NCBI GenBank assembly: GCA_032718475.1
Contig: JAUCBJ010002827.1
Span: forward strand, 38,798-102,797
DNA length: 64,000 nt
Origin: Nemertoderma westbladi
Taxonomy: Eukaryota; Animalia; Xenacoelomorpha
Direction of reading: 5' to 3'
Shown here: piece after piece, positions 46,020 through 58,081 of the stretch
Numbering within the stretch: position 1 is the stretch's first letter
How the letters are laid out: each line of letters begins with the position of its first letter
The notes under the pieces: generated by a model
The model's input: the letters and a program-made list of their open reading frames with translations, nothing else
Told to the model about the DNA's origin: nothing
Database searches by the model: none
Position numbers and translations under genes: made by a program

Positions 46020-49000
46020 ATGTGTGACACAAAACGGGCACTGTCAGATAGTCTTTTGGAAGGTGTTAGAATCAGCCTTAGACTTGGACAGGGTCTTGAA
46101 AGGAAGATGGCAGAGGCAATGGCAACAGCAGAAGCGAAAAGAAAGGCGGCAGAGGCAATGGCAACAGTAGAAGCGGAAAGAAAGATAGAGACACCTGTAC
46201 TCCCAGAACCTGCCTATAAATTCCCTTTGTACAGTACTAAATTACCTGTGCCCAGTAGGACTGTTCCCGAGTCCGAACCCATCCTGGACGCCGAGCGAGA
46301 TATTAAGAATTTATCGCCCGTCGTCTCTCGCTCGCCCGCTACAACGTTGGCGACTCCCGCTTCGGCGGTTGAGTGGGTAGCTGAGGGACGACGGGAGATG
46401 GGTCTCCTGCTCGAGCAGCTGAGGGAACACTGTTTGTGCTCCTCTCAGCAGGTCCGGGAAATGGAAGAGACTGTTCAGCAGCTCAAGGGAACAGTAAGGG
46501 AAAGTAGGTTAGAGTTGCAAAAGGTGCAGCAAAGTATCGCGTTAGAATGCGATAAATTAGTGAACATACAAAGGGGTATAACACCACCCCCTGTAACAAT
46601 GTGTCAACCCGTTAGGTCTGAAGTATTTCATGCGCAAGGTGTGGAGCCTACATGCATCTATACTGCTAGTGAAGTAGAAACTCCTATAGTAAACCCTATT
46701 CAGGGTAATTATAAACCTGTTGATAATAATATTCCATATAGACCTGATCATAATCCGAGAAATTTATATACCGATAATTCTATATTCAATAATACGATGG
46801 CTCAAGAAAGTTTTACGCGTCAAATGGCTAGAACCGAAGCCCGGCAAGCGGTAAAGGTGGGAGAGATCGTCAAGTTCAATGGAGATGAGATGAAATGGTT
46901 ACCTTTTAATGAATATTATAAAGATAACATACAGAACTCTGTACTATCTAACGGAGAGAAACTTAGATTCCTCATCGAATGTTTGGAAGGACCTCCCAAG
47001 TCAATGGCGTTAAAATTTATTGGACATCCAGATGGATTAAGACAAGTTTGGGATACACTAAACATCAGGTATGGTAATAGGACTAACATAGCTAGGTATT
47101 TATATGCGAAATTAATGGCGCCCCAAAAGTTTCTTAGCAGCGGGATTATAGAGTTTTCCGATGAGATTCAGGAGATCTGTAGACAACTAGATTGGTTAGG
47201 TAAGTCTCATGAATACCAGAATTCTATGGTTGTAGGAGCCTTAGCATCTACTTTGCCCAAGGGTGGAGTAGGTACACGCTGGGACAAGAAGGTGTTATAT
47301 ATGATGGAACAACAACGACGAGACCCTACCATGACTGATCTCATGTCATTCTTAGATAGAGAAGTGAAATTACAGCTCCTAAGGCAGTCCAGAGAGAAGA
47401 CATTGGAAAACAAGGTAAGTGAGAAACCCGTTTCTAGGAGAAGGGTAACACCAGTATGTTATACCGACGACAGTAAAAGCCAAACTTCTCAAGGAGAGGA
47501 CAGCGGGAAAGACACTGACAGATCTTATTATGTCAATAAAATGCCTAAAGATCAGGTAAGTAAATCCGAGTCTCGACCCAATGACAGAAGGGAACCGGTA
47601 CAAAAAACCCTTCCTACGTCTCCTAAAAGAATTCAGGTGAGAAAGCCCGAGGAAAGAACAAGTGTGCACCACATAGCACAGGTTAAAGTAAGTAACATCA
47701 AGCCGAAATGTGTGCTGTGCGACGGGCCCCACCGTTTAAATGTGTGTGATAAATTCCTGAGGAAATCACTTGAGGATAGACGTGAAGTCATGTGGGATAA
47801 GCGGTTGTGTTATAATTGCCTCAGACGAGGACACCAACGGCGAACCTGTAACTCCGACGCAAGGTGTGCAAAGTGCGGTGCAAAACATCATATCTTGTTG
47901 CACACGGAATTCGAACGAAACAGCCCGAGTCAGGTAAGTGAGTCCGAACTACATGTCCAATTCAGTGATGTGAACGACACTGATCAATCTGAGATGGAAG
48001 GATTCTATACGGACGAGTTCTCCGACCAAAACGAATCCTGTTACCTAATAAACACCACCGCAGTGTATCGAGCACTCGTGTATGAGAAAGACACAGACAG
48101 CGACCTTACCTTAACTACTTCCGATCAACAACCATCTTGGAAAGCGCCAACTTCCAATATAGGAATCCGAGAATTTCCTGTAGTCCAGTTACGGGTCCAC
48201 GGACCTCAGAAGAGCTATATAGTGAACGCCCTCCTGGACTCCGGTAGCACAGGAACATTCATCGATAAAGAACTAGCCGAAGTCATCTTTGCTGGACAAC
48301 CCAAGTTCCGAACCAAGCTAAACATGTCAGGGATCATGCAGGTTTGGAATTCTACTGTAGCTGCCGACTATTATATAGGTGAGTTGTCCACCCCCCAGGA
48401 CGAACTAGGAGAACATAGCATCAGGTCAGTGAAAATGGTGGCTATAAAGAACTTCGCTACTACTCAAGCAGACCTTTATAATTGGGACGAGGATGAGAGC
48501 ATCCAACATCTTAACATACCTCGATTCCAGACTGATTATCCTGGAGTGCAAATACTCATCGGCCAAAACGCGCATGAGGCGCTGGAGACATTAGAGAAAC
48601 GGCCTGCTCAACCGCAGCCACTACAGACCTATGCGGTAAGAACTAGAGTAGGTTGGTACCTTACTGGACCTTCCCGTAGAACGCTCAGGGAAAGACTGCT
48701 TCAAGATCGCGTCTGCCAGGTGAGTGAATGGGAAGATGATACTAGTGAGGGAGACGACCCAACTGAGGGAACACCACACTCCTCAGATAATGACAATCTT
48801 AGCTCCAATGTAGATCAATTGAGATATTGCCCCAAGAAGTTTAATCCAACGGACATCGCTTCCAGAGGAGCAACTCCTCAAGAACTGACAGATACTATAG
48901 ACCGGTTAGGTGAACCCGACTTCCTGAGTAAGGAGAATGAATGGCCTCCCCATCTTACTCCGACTGAGATTAGACCAGCCAAGGGAGCGGAGAAAGTTAA

Positions 49001-49448
49001 ACCTAAAACCCGGACGGGTGGAGCGGAGTTATTTGAACCCGGGATAGATCTGTCGGTATTGCATATTGCCAGGGATGACGCCGTGGATCTGGACCTCCCC
49101 ACCGCGAGTGGATCCTTCATGAAGATCAGAGAGAGCGATTGGAGCTCTGGAACATCAGACGTCTCGCAGGGACTCTCACCTCTCCTGCAGAGAGCGACGG
49201 ACCACTATAGCTCCTGGAATCGGCTTTGTGACGCCGTCATATACTTTGAGCGATGTTTCTATCGTCACTATTCCAGGACGAAGAGGAAACCTGAAATTGT
49301 ATTCAGGATGCAGCGACTCAATCACCCAGTCGGTCGTTTGTGTTTACCGGAAGGGAATGGAGGACTCTCCGGAAACTGTGGAAGGCAAGATTCTCTTCCC
49401 ACGACCACCTCCCTAATCCTTCAAACATCTAGGGACTCCATAACGTAA
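46020..49448 (+). CDS. BEL/Pao Gag-protease polyprotein; RT, RNase H and integrase deleted
   Basis: KFNGDEMKWLPF..EKLRFLIECLEG..WDTLNIRYG; CVLCDGPH..C, CYNCLRRGH..C, CAKCGAKHHILLH; LLDSGSTGTFI; TRVGWYLTGP; then directly LRYCPKKFNPTDIASRG (post-RNase H motif). Confidence 0.9.
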   Translation: MCDTKRALSDSLLEGVRISLRLGQGLERKMAEAMATAEAKRKAAEAMATVEAERKIETPVLPEPAYKFPLYSTKLPVPSRTVPESEPILDAERDIKNLSPVVSRSPATTLATPASAVEWVAEGRREMGLLLEQLREHCLCSSQQVREMEETVQQLKGTVRESRLELQKVQQSIALECDKLVNIQRGITPPPVTMCQPVRSEVFHAQGVEPTCIYTASEVETPIVNPIQGNYKPVDNNIPYRPDHNPRNLYTDNSIFNNTMAQESFTRQMARTEARQAVKVGEIVKFNGDEMKWLPFNEYYKDNIQNSVLSNGEKLRFLIECLEGPPKSMALKFIGHPDGLRQVWDTLNIRYGNRTNIARYLYAKLMAPQKFLSSGIIEFSDEIQEICRQLDWLGKSHEYQNSMVVGALASTLPKGGVGTRWDKKVLYMMEQQRRDPTMTDLMSFLDREVKLQLLRQSREKTLENKVSEKPVSRRRVTPVCYTDDSKSQTSQGEDSGKDTDRSYYVNKMPKDQVSKSESRPNDRREPVQKTLPTSPKRIQVRKPEERTSVHHIAQVKVSNIKPKCVLCDGPHRLNVCDKFLRKSLEDRREVMWDKRLCYNCLRRGHQRRTCNSDARCAKCGAKHHILLHTEFERNSPSQVSESELHVQFSDVNDTDQSEMEGFYTDEFSDQNESCYLINTTAVYRALVYEKDTDSDLTLTTSDQQPSWKAPTSNIGIREFPVVQLRVHGPQKSYIVNALLDSGSTGTFIDKELAEVIFAGQPKFRTKLNMSGIMQVWNSTVAADYYIGELSTPQDELGEHSIRSVKMVAIKNFATTQADLYNWDEDESIQHLNIPRFQTDYPGVQILIGQNAHEALETLEKRPAQPQPLQTYAVRTRVGWYLTGPSRRTLRERLLQDRVCQVSEWEDDTSEGDDPTEGTPHSSDNDNLSSNVDQLRYCPKKFNPTDIASRGATPQELTDTIDRLGEPDFLSKENEWPPHLTPTEIRPAKGAEKVKPKTRTGGAELFEPGIDLSVLHIARDDAVDLDLPTASGSFMKIRESDWSSGTSDVSQGLSPLLQRATDHYSSWNRLCDAVIYFERCFYRHYSRTKRKPEIVFRMQRLNHPVGRLCLPEGNGGLSGNCGRQDSLPTTTSLILQTSRDSIT

Positions 49449-52400
49449 CAACATATGGAGTGGGTGTGTGACTCTATTATTTTATATTATTTTATTATTT
49501 TTATATTTCTGTATGTATTACTATGTAATTTTATTATAATCGTTTTCTTTAATTTTATTCAGAGAATGTTATTTTAGCGATTATTTAGTAGATTAGTGCA
49601 ATATATATTCGCGTTTATTACTTAATTACGTATATATTATATTTAATGCGACGGCAAGAAATAATTCTTTTCCTCTTTCCTTACTGCCCGTATCATATTA
49701 TAAATACGTGACTACAGTAAGATGAAATGTCCGTACTTATTAAAGTACAATAAAGCCACTACTATATTCAAGTATTATTGGTAGGCAGAGTATTAGGAAT
49801 GCAAAGTTCAGATCCTCGTGTCTCGGCTAAACCAAGCTCTGGGTAGACCTTGGAAACGACTTGCCTCTTCACACTGACATTGCTTCGTGCGATATTGCTC
49901 TCATACCGTATATTAAATAATACATATAGTAGCGTGATGTCCCTTTAACAGTAGCGTATAACGCAAAATAAATCTGTTAAACCCTTTGACCATCTGTAAT
50001 TCTAGTCGATTAAGATATCGCGGCACCCACCGATATACTTGAAAGACAAATTCTAGAATCAGTGGTTAACGTCCCCAGACAAGTTCTGGAATAAATTGGT
50101 GCCCATCTCAAATATTAATTATTTAATATTTGCAAATCTAATAAATCAAAATCTGTAAAATTCAGATCCTTCAACAATTCTAGTCAATTAAGATATCGTA
50201 GTATTTACCGATATTCTTAAAAAGACAATTGTCATAGAATTAAGGATCTTGTGTCCCCAGACATATTCTAGAATCAAAATATGTCCATTTAATTATCAAA
50301 TAATAAAATTTCAGGGAATAATTTAAATTCATGCCTTTTAATGAATTTAATAAATTGCCATTTTTACGCAATTTATAACATTCCCAAAAATTCCATTAAT
50401 TAATAGATCAAGGGAGCGGAGATTTATCTTATTATGCCTATGAGTGTGCGAAAGTCTCCCAAACATAGTCAATAGCCGATAAAATTCATAAAGTCATGTA
50501 TAAAACAGAACATTGACTATTAAAGAATACTATTAAATAACATCCCAGATCTGTATGCATTGGAATCACCCTAATTCTACCGCTAGCTTTGCATAATGTC
50601 ACCATAGCAACAACCACGCTAGAATTAGAATTGAGTTAAAAGAACAATAGAAAGCTTGTCCCATTGAATAGCATAGGGAATAAATAGCGCACTACTAGTA
50701 TCCAAGGATACATAATAATACAGTGACATTCTGGAAGGCATTGACTAACGGACAAATGGCCCGAATGTGTGTAATTTGTGACAAGTTGTGTGTGTGGTAT
50801 TTGTGAGTTTATAGGTGAATGTTACTGCTAAAGTGTGTTTACAGTAGCTAGTCGCAATCGTAAAAGTAACCTAACTCTCCAAGGAAAACCTGAAGTACAT
50901 CTAAGCCTTTGGGACGGACAGTTGAGTGACTTGTGCCGGTTGTCGTTGTCGTTGTGCGGCTACGTCGTTGGCGAAAGTACAGCGGCGACGACACATCGGC
51001 GCTGAGGATCTCGTACTGTCCGGGGGTTGATTGGGGTAGGCAGCGACGCTCGCTAGCCTAAATATAAACTCATTATAATATGGATAAACTCATATAGCAG
51101 ATATGGTTGAGTTGATAGAAGATGGTCTTGGTATCGGGGAGCGATATACTCTACTTTTACAAGCGTTTGTTGATAGCTTAATACGCGGCGACGTTAGTCC
51201 AACTGCTGCGGAGGACGATGGTCGTTATATCGAACCGCCAATGTCCCAAGAGCAGCTCACGCGTGAGTTGGACTATAGAAAATTCGCTGCTCGATATACG
51301 CAGCGTAATGGTACGTATATGGGCTTCTTAACTACTGGTCATCCTATCGATTTACACAATACGGACTATGTCGACTATATATCCTGCCCAGCGGAGTCGG
51401 AACCATAAACTGAAATTCGAATGCGAAAATTCTATTCGAAATCGACTCGAAAGAAAAGACACTAAAGAAACAAATGGACGCGGTAACTCCAACGTATATT
51501 TGGAATTCTTGATAGAAGCATTGTAACAACAAATAAATATCACCCGCGTTTACCCTACCAGACGTGCGTCTTTGGTATTATTACGATAAATGCCCTAGAC
51601 CCAACTAATAAACGGAAAGACATAAACATCCACGTAAACCGAAACTTGTTGACGTATCACCTATGCTCACTCGGCTCGAACGATCCTGGAGTAAACCTAC
51701 GATCAGAGTCCCGGAATACTCGGTCAAACCTCCTCATTCCTTAGTTGGACCTCAGACCTGCGATCCTGGTGGTGTCGCGGATCCTCGCGGACTGTATTCA
51801 CTGTTCAAAGATCTAGTGCTACCCTAACAATTAATCGGTAACACTCCGACAGTGATTTCTAGCTAGCCGCCCATCTTACCTAGCCGGATTGTGACGCGGA
51901 CATTTAATATCGCCGTTTAACCCTTACCATCGTCCCGGCTTGACACGATATAACCTGTCACCAGAGTGGCGGAGAACGTTGTACCAAACGAGTTAAACGC
52001 TATTCTACAAAGATCAGAAAGGAAACCTACGTTTGTTCAGATAAACGTAAGTTATAACAGCAAGTCCAAGCGATAAACGAATTGTCTTTATCTCAGTTTG
52101 ATTGTGAAATCCAGAATCTCTAAGAAGATATCGCACTTAGACAACCCCATTCTCTGCGAGAGTTTTTGGATGAACGTATCCAGCTACGAGCGGAGGAAAA
52201 TCAGCTCGAGGAGAAGCATATCGAAATGGCGGATACCCCAACCATAATCCTACACCTTCTGATGCAATCATATTGCACCCTTCACCCAGGATTTATAGCC
52301 CTCCTAGTAAAGTGGCTCCCCCAAGGAAAAAAGGACTCTTGCTAGCCTCAAGAAACTGCGTAAACGCCGTCCGCGCAAAGAAACTAACTGTTTAGAGTAT

Positions 52401-52465
52401 CTTTATGTTTTAGAAACTGTGATTTTTATATTTTATAGACTGAAAATCCCATTTTCTGGGAGCGG

Positions 52466-53683
52466 TGTAAAAGCTTTTGCTGAATTGTCCGGTTATTTTT
52501 CCTTATTTTTCCCGTAAAATACTCTGTAGTTGGTTTACCAGGCATAAAAAGGCCGTGTCCTTGCTGTACTGGTGTTTTAGCGGACATAAAAGCTATTTCT
52601 TCTGTATTTGTACTTTAGAGGACATAATCCGTAATTCCGTGACGTAAAAGCTCGATACTCTTGAAAACAGTGTCGCTACCATGACGACGGCTAGCAGCTG
52701 ATATTGCCACGTCGACGTTTCTTTGTTTCTTTGTTCTCTCGTTGTTCAGGTTGCCCAATCAGAGCGTTTGTTGTCTCTGTGTTGGAGGTGTATACAGAAA
52801 CTCAGTAGTTCAGTGTTATGTTTTGCCCAGAGCCTAAGAACCGGCTTTTGGCACCTCCGTGTTTTCAGTTTTTAGTCCTACACTAGTAGGCTTAATTATA
52901 AGGACATATATCCGTTATCTGCATATTGCACACTGATGTCTGATGTCTGCATACTGCATACTGCAGTACTGCATACACTGCATACTGTGTAACACTGTGC
53001 ATACTTTTATATTGTTATACTGCTATTTACTGTCAGTTCTTCATAATATGGTTGATGAATTATTATATTTGGAATAACGACAAATAACCCCGAAAACCCA
53101 ATATTCTTGATATACCGAAGGTAAGAGAGAAAGGTTACAGATAAATGATTGCGACCTATGTTGAGTGGTTTGAAGTGAATCTAATGTTATTTGATAGACC
53201 CTACATGATTCGGTCCGTGTTCCTTTTATATGTGACTAAAATCAGTGAAGATCGGCAGATCAGTGTGCAGTATTGTGCAGCATTGTGTATGAGTGAGACT
53301 GATAACGAAGCATTTCCTAAAGAATGCGCCATATATGTGAATTATAACTAAGCCATATCGTTGTGAGTAGTTTAAGTCATAACTCTTTTTATATAGATAG
53401 AGCGCCACGTCCTAAAGGAACTGTTAATATTTCCCGAAGGTGAATAATATTGTCAGAGATTATATAATACTGTCAGTCGAATAATACATTAGGCTTACAT
53501 AGCAATAAGATTAAGCCGTCGAACCCAATCTCCCGGGTATATCCAACGGGTGAATGATCGCGCACAGATTGGTTTCGACTAGTGTAGTGAATTAAATACT
53601 TGTCATAGACTAAAGGTGATTTATTATCTAGAAGACATCCTAATTTGGCGGGTTAAACTGCCAAAGGTCTGAAAGCGCGAACA
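52466..53683 (+). repeat. 3' LTR (1218 bp)
   Basis: Differs from the 5' LTR by two short tandem expansions (25 bp in total) and about three substitutions seen by eye. Confidence 0.95.
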
Positions 53684-54980
53684 TCTCTCAAGTCACTTCT
53701 TGCTTCAAGTCACTTTATAGAAGGCCTATGTCTGATCATATGAGAAGTGGCTACTGGCCGGGCCCATTGAAACCATCCTATTGCACGTTTATTTGATAAA
53801 TGTAACGGTCCAAATGTAACGGATAAATGTATTGGGCCTTTGGGGGTTGGGGTTGCCTTTTTGGCTCTTGTGGTCGTAACTACGCATGAAATATATACTT
53901 TTCCGTAAATTTTCGGAAATTTCCTGAAAAACATAATTTCGGAAAACGCACATCCCCCCTATATTAGACTAAGAAATTTGAAGCATGTACCTGTTTATAT
54001 CATTAGAAAAACATCTGACCAAAAAATGGAAGAATCGAAAGTGAAAAAAAGGTTTTTACAAGTGTCAACATTTGAAATCTATCCAAACTTGGTACACATG
54101 TTGTTTGGCCAATGTTTAGACATTTTCCAAGTAGAATTTACGTGTGGCCTTCGAGAAGCTAAGATAAATGCAGTTAATTAGGTAATTAGTTAATTGCGGT
54201 AAAAAAAAAGGCATTTTCAAGCCTGTATTTTAGAGGAAATTAATTATTTTATCGTATAAGATTTCAATAATTATACTTAAAAGATATGCAGATGTTTTAA
54301 TTGATCTAAAGTAATTAAAACGACATTAACTGCTATTAGTTATTGGCCAGCAGATTAGAGTTCGCTGATAGAATTCTTCTAGGAAGTTTGGATTATTTAT
54401 ATTCCTAGCTAGCCAGTAGTGGCATCGTTCTTTGCCTGCCTGCCTGACTACTCCTAAACTACTCCTGACTCCTGACTACTAAAATAACGTGCCACTGTAA
54501 CCTGCTCCTTTCCCTAAATTGAGAATTTAACATTGAGGCGGGATATTAATTCGCCAAGGCGGGTTTTGCGTCGAGTTCCCCCCCCCCCCCCCCCCCTGTC
54601 TCTATTATATTTTCCACGAATGCAGGGTCCATATTTCAAAGAAGATAAGCAGATAAGTAGATTTTCGTAAATAAGATCGTGCTTAGGCCAGTCACCCTTG
54701 TTGGGAGATTTATATTAGCTTTTATAAACATTCTTCCCATAGTTTTTCGAAACATTATATTATCATGATTATTAGTTGGCAATTTACCATTATACATAGG
54801 CTTACTTTAAAGTATTATATTTGTCACATTGTTACATTAAAATTAACAGCTGATTTATCTATTGAGGTTTACTACTCTTTAGGCCTACCATTTACTCTTT
54901 TGATATTCATTGTTGTTTTTTTTGTTGTCGTAAAACTTTCAATAATATATTGCCAATATGTATAGGCCTACTTATACTAC

Positions 54981-57156
54981 TATATATTAAATTAAATTAA
55001 AGGAAGAACAGGAGTCTTACACCCCCAATAAAAATATAGAATCAGGACATTTAGCCCAAAATATTTCTCGACCCCTAGGGTCATCGAAGAACAACAAACA
55101 CACAAACACAAAACAAATATAAATACATGCTAAACATACAGGTATGTGTCGCAACCCTAACCCTAAGCCTACCCGCCATGCACTAAATGATACCGTTAAT
55201 AACTGCACAATAGCTAAGTCTATATTCTATAAGAAAATATATGACAATTTTGTCGCCGTGAAAGGGGTATGACTGAGGCAAAAATAATTAATTTGTGAAA
55301 AATATGGTTGCGTTTCGGTGTCTTGGACCAGTACGCGCTAATCCTCGACACCTCGTCAGCTGGACAGGGAATTAGCCAAGCCTATCTATAATGCACCAAT
55401 GACCTAAAATAATCGCACCCTCAACTCTGTTACCACCTAGCCCAAAACAGAAGTCAGACCACAGAACACAGGAACCCTATAGGCCTATGGTAAGTAAATA
55501 TGTTACCAATGGGAAAACTGGTGGAATGCTAGGGCACACACACAGTACAAAATTTAACTAAGATTTAATGATTTGCAGTAATGTCGGGATTTTGCTCCAC
55601 TTTCATAATATGATAATTGATGTTAACGACATACTGACTAACAGGGGGTTGGTATGTATATATTAAATTAAATTAAAGGAAGAACAGGAGTCTTACACCC
55701 CCAATAAAAATATAGAATCAGGACATTTAGCCCAAAATATTTCTCGACCCCTAGGGTCATCGAAGAACAACAAACACACAAACACAAAACAAATATAAAT
55801 ACATGCTAAACATACAGGTATGTGTCGCAACCCTAACCCTAAGCCTACCCGCCATGCACTAAATGATACCGTTAATAACTGCACAATAGCTAAGCCTATA
55901 TTCTATAAGAAAATATATGACAATTTTGTCGCCGTGAAAGGGGTATGACTGAGGCAAAAATAATTAATTTGTGAAAAATATGGTTGCGTTTCGGTGTCTT
56001 GGACCAGTACGCGCTAATCCTCGACACCTCGTCAGCTGGACAGGGAATTAGCCAAGCCTATCTATAATGCACCAATGACCTAAAATAATCGCACCCTCAA
56101 CTCTGTTACCACCTAGCCCAAAACAGAAGTCAGACCACAGAACACAGGAACCCTATAGGCCTATGGTAAGTAAATATGTTACCAATGGGAAAACTGGTGG
56201 AATGCTAGGGCACACACACAGTACAAAATTTAACTAAGATTTAATGATTTGCAGTAATGTCGGGATTTTGCTCCACTTTCATAATATGATAATTGATGTT
56301 AACGACATACTGACTAACAGGGGGTTGGTATGTATATATTAAATTAAATTAAAGGAAGAACAGGAGTCTTACACCCCCAATAAAAATATAGAATCAGGAC
56401 ATTTAGCCCAAAATATTTCTCGACCCCTAGGGTCATCGAAGAACAACAAACACACAAACACAAAACAAATATAAATACATGCTAAACATACAGGTATGTG
56501 TCGCAACCCTAACCCTAAGCCTACCCGCCATGCACTAAATGATACCGTTAATAACTGCACAATAGCTAAGCCTATATTCTATAAGAAAATATATGACAAT
56601 TTTGTCGCCGTGAAAGGGGTATGACTGAGGCAAAAATAATTAATTTGTGAAAAATATGGTTGCGTTTCGGTGTCTTGGACCAGTACGCGCTAATCCTCGA
56701 CACCTCGTCAGCTGGACAGGGAATTAGCCAAGCCTATCTATAATGCACCAATGACCTAAAATAATCGCACCCTCAACTCTGTTACCACCTAGCCCAAAAC
56801 AGAAGTCAGACCACAGAACACAGGAACCCTATAGGCCTATGGTAAGTAAATATGTTACCAATGGGAAAACTGGTGGAATGCTAGGGCACACACACAGTAC
56901 AAAATTTAACTAAGATTTAATGATTTGCAGTAATGTCGGGATTTTGCTCCACTTTCATAATATGATAATTGATGTTAACGACATACTGACTAACAGGGGG
57001 TTGGTATGTATATATTAAATTAAATTAAAGGAAGAACAGGAGTCTTACACCCCCAATAAAAATATAGAATCAGGACATTTAGCCCAAAATATTTCTCGAC
57101 CCCTAGGGTCATCGAAGAACAACAAACACACAAACACAAAACAAATATAAATACAT
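54981..57156. repeat. 676-bp tandem repeat, 3.2 near-identical units
   Basis: Units start at 54981, 55657, 56333 and 57009; identical 63-aa ORF translations at 676-nt spacing. Confidence 0.95.
55312..55359 (-). ncRNA. Hammerhead-like core in each tandem unit (also 55988-56035 and 56664-56711)
   Basis: CTGACGA-GGTGTC-GA-GGATTAG-CGCGTA-CTGGTCC-AA-GACACC-GAAAC. Partner strands for stems I and III were not found. Confidence 0.45.
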
Positions 57157-57607
57157 ACTGTCAGCCTTACTGACTGTAGGAATAGCTTTGTTTATATATT
57201 ACATATACTATAAGATTATTGTTATTATATTCGACATCTTATACTAAAACTCTTTATCAATCCTTCGGGAACCCCAACAACCCTCACCAGTACAGCAGTA
57301 GGCAGGCTGGTAGGTCTGTAGGTGCTAGGGCTGTAGGAGATTCCGCGCAGTATTTCTGCTGTGCGCGCCAATCTCGCGCAGAATTTCTGCTGCGTGCGCC
57401 AATCCTGCAATCATGCGCAGTTTTTCTGCTGCGCACGCGGATTTTACACTGTTTTCGACTGCGCAGGCGCACATTTTTTTCTGCGCCGCGTCGCGTTCGG
57501 CTGTTCGGCTCACAAAAAAATCACTTAGCATAGCAGAAGGGGCCTACGGTGATATGTGATAGCAGGATAGGGCAGTACTGCAACTGCAGTAGGGGGCTTA
57601 GCCTGTA

Positions 57608-58075
57608 TGGAATCCATCCAAAAAGTGCGCCGGATAGCGCGCCAACCAATTTTTATGCGCGCCACGCGCCGATGCAAATTCAAAGCAAACCCTGCGCCAA
57701 CGAAATTTTTAAGCGCGCCGCACATTTGAAACAATTTTGAAGAGCGCCGCGGCCGCGCCAATGCAATTTCAATTTTGAAGGAGTGTAACCAGTCTGCCAA
57801 TGTCAGTATTGCTGTAGAGCTGTACATGTCCAGATGTCTGCATGTCCCTGTTCAGCAGTAACCATACAACAGAAAAAAGAAAGGCGAGCGAAGCGAGCCG
57901 AAATTTTTTAACAGCTATTGCAATTTTTAAGGCACTTCCGTAGTTGTTAAACCAACAAATTGGCGCCGGTTTTTATTTTTGGGAGCGCCACGCGCCAAAG
58001 CCGGCGCACTTTACGATTTTCGAGCGCGTTTGTAAAGTGCGCCGGATTAATCCGGCGCAAAGTGTATGGATTCCA
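57608..58075. mobile_element. MITE-like element with GCGCC subterminal repeats
   Basis: Inverted ends TGGAATCCAT..TGCGCCGGAT / ATCCGGCGCA..ATGGATTCCA; TSD unclear. Confidence 0.55.
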
Positions 58076-58081
58076 GTCTGG

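Larger units (their letters stand above)
39356..53683 (+). mobile_element. Young non-autonomous BEL/Pao LTR retrotransposon
   Basis: Two TGT...ACA LTRs; 5-bp TSD TCTCT (39351-39355, 53684-53688); short purine tract GGGAGCGG before the 3' LTR; gag-protease ORF. Confidence 0.95.
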
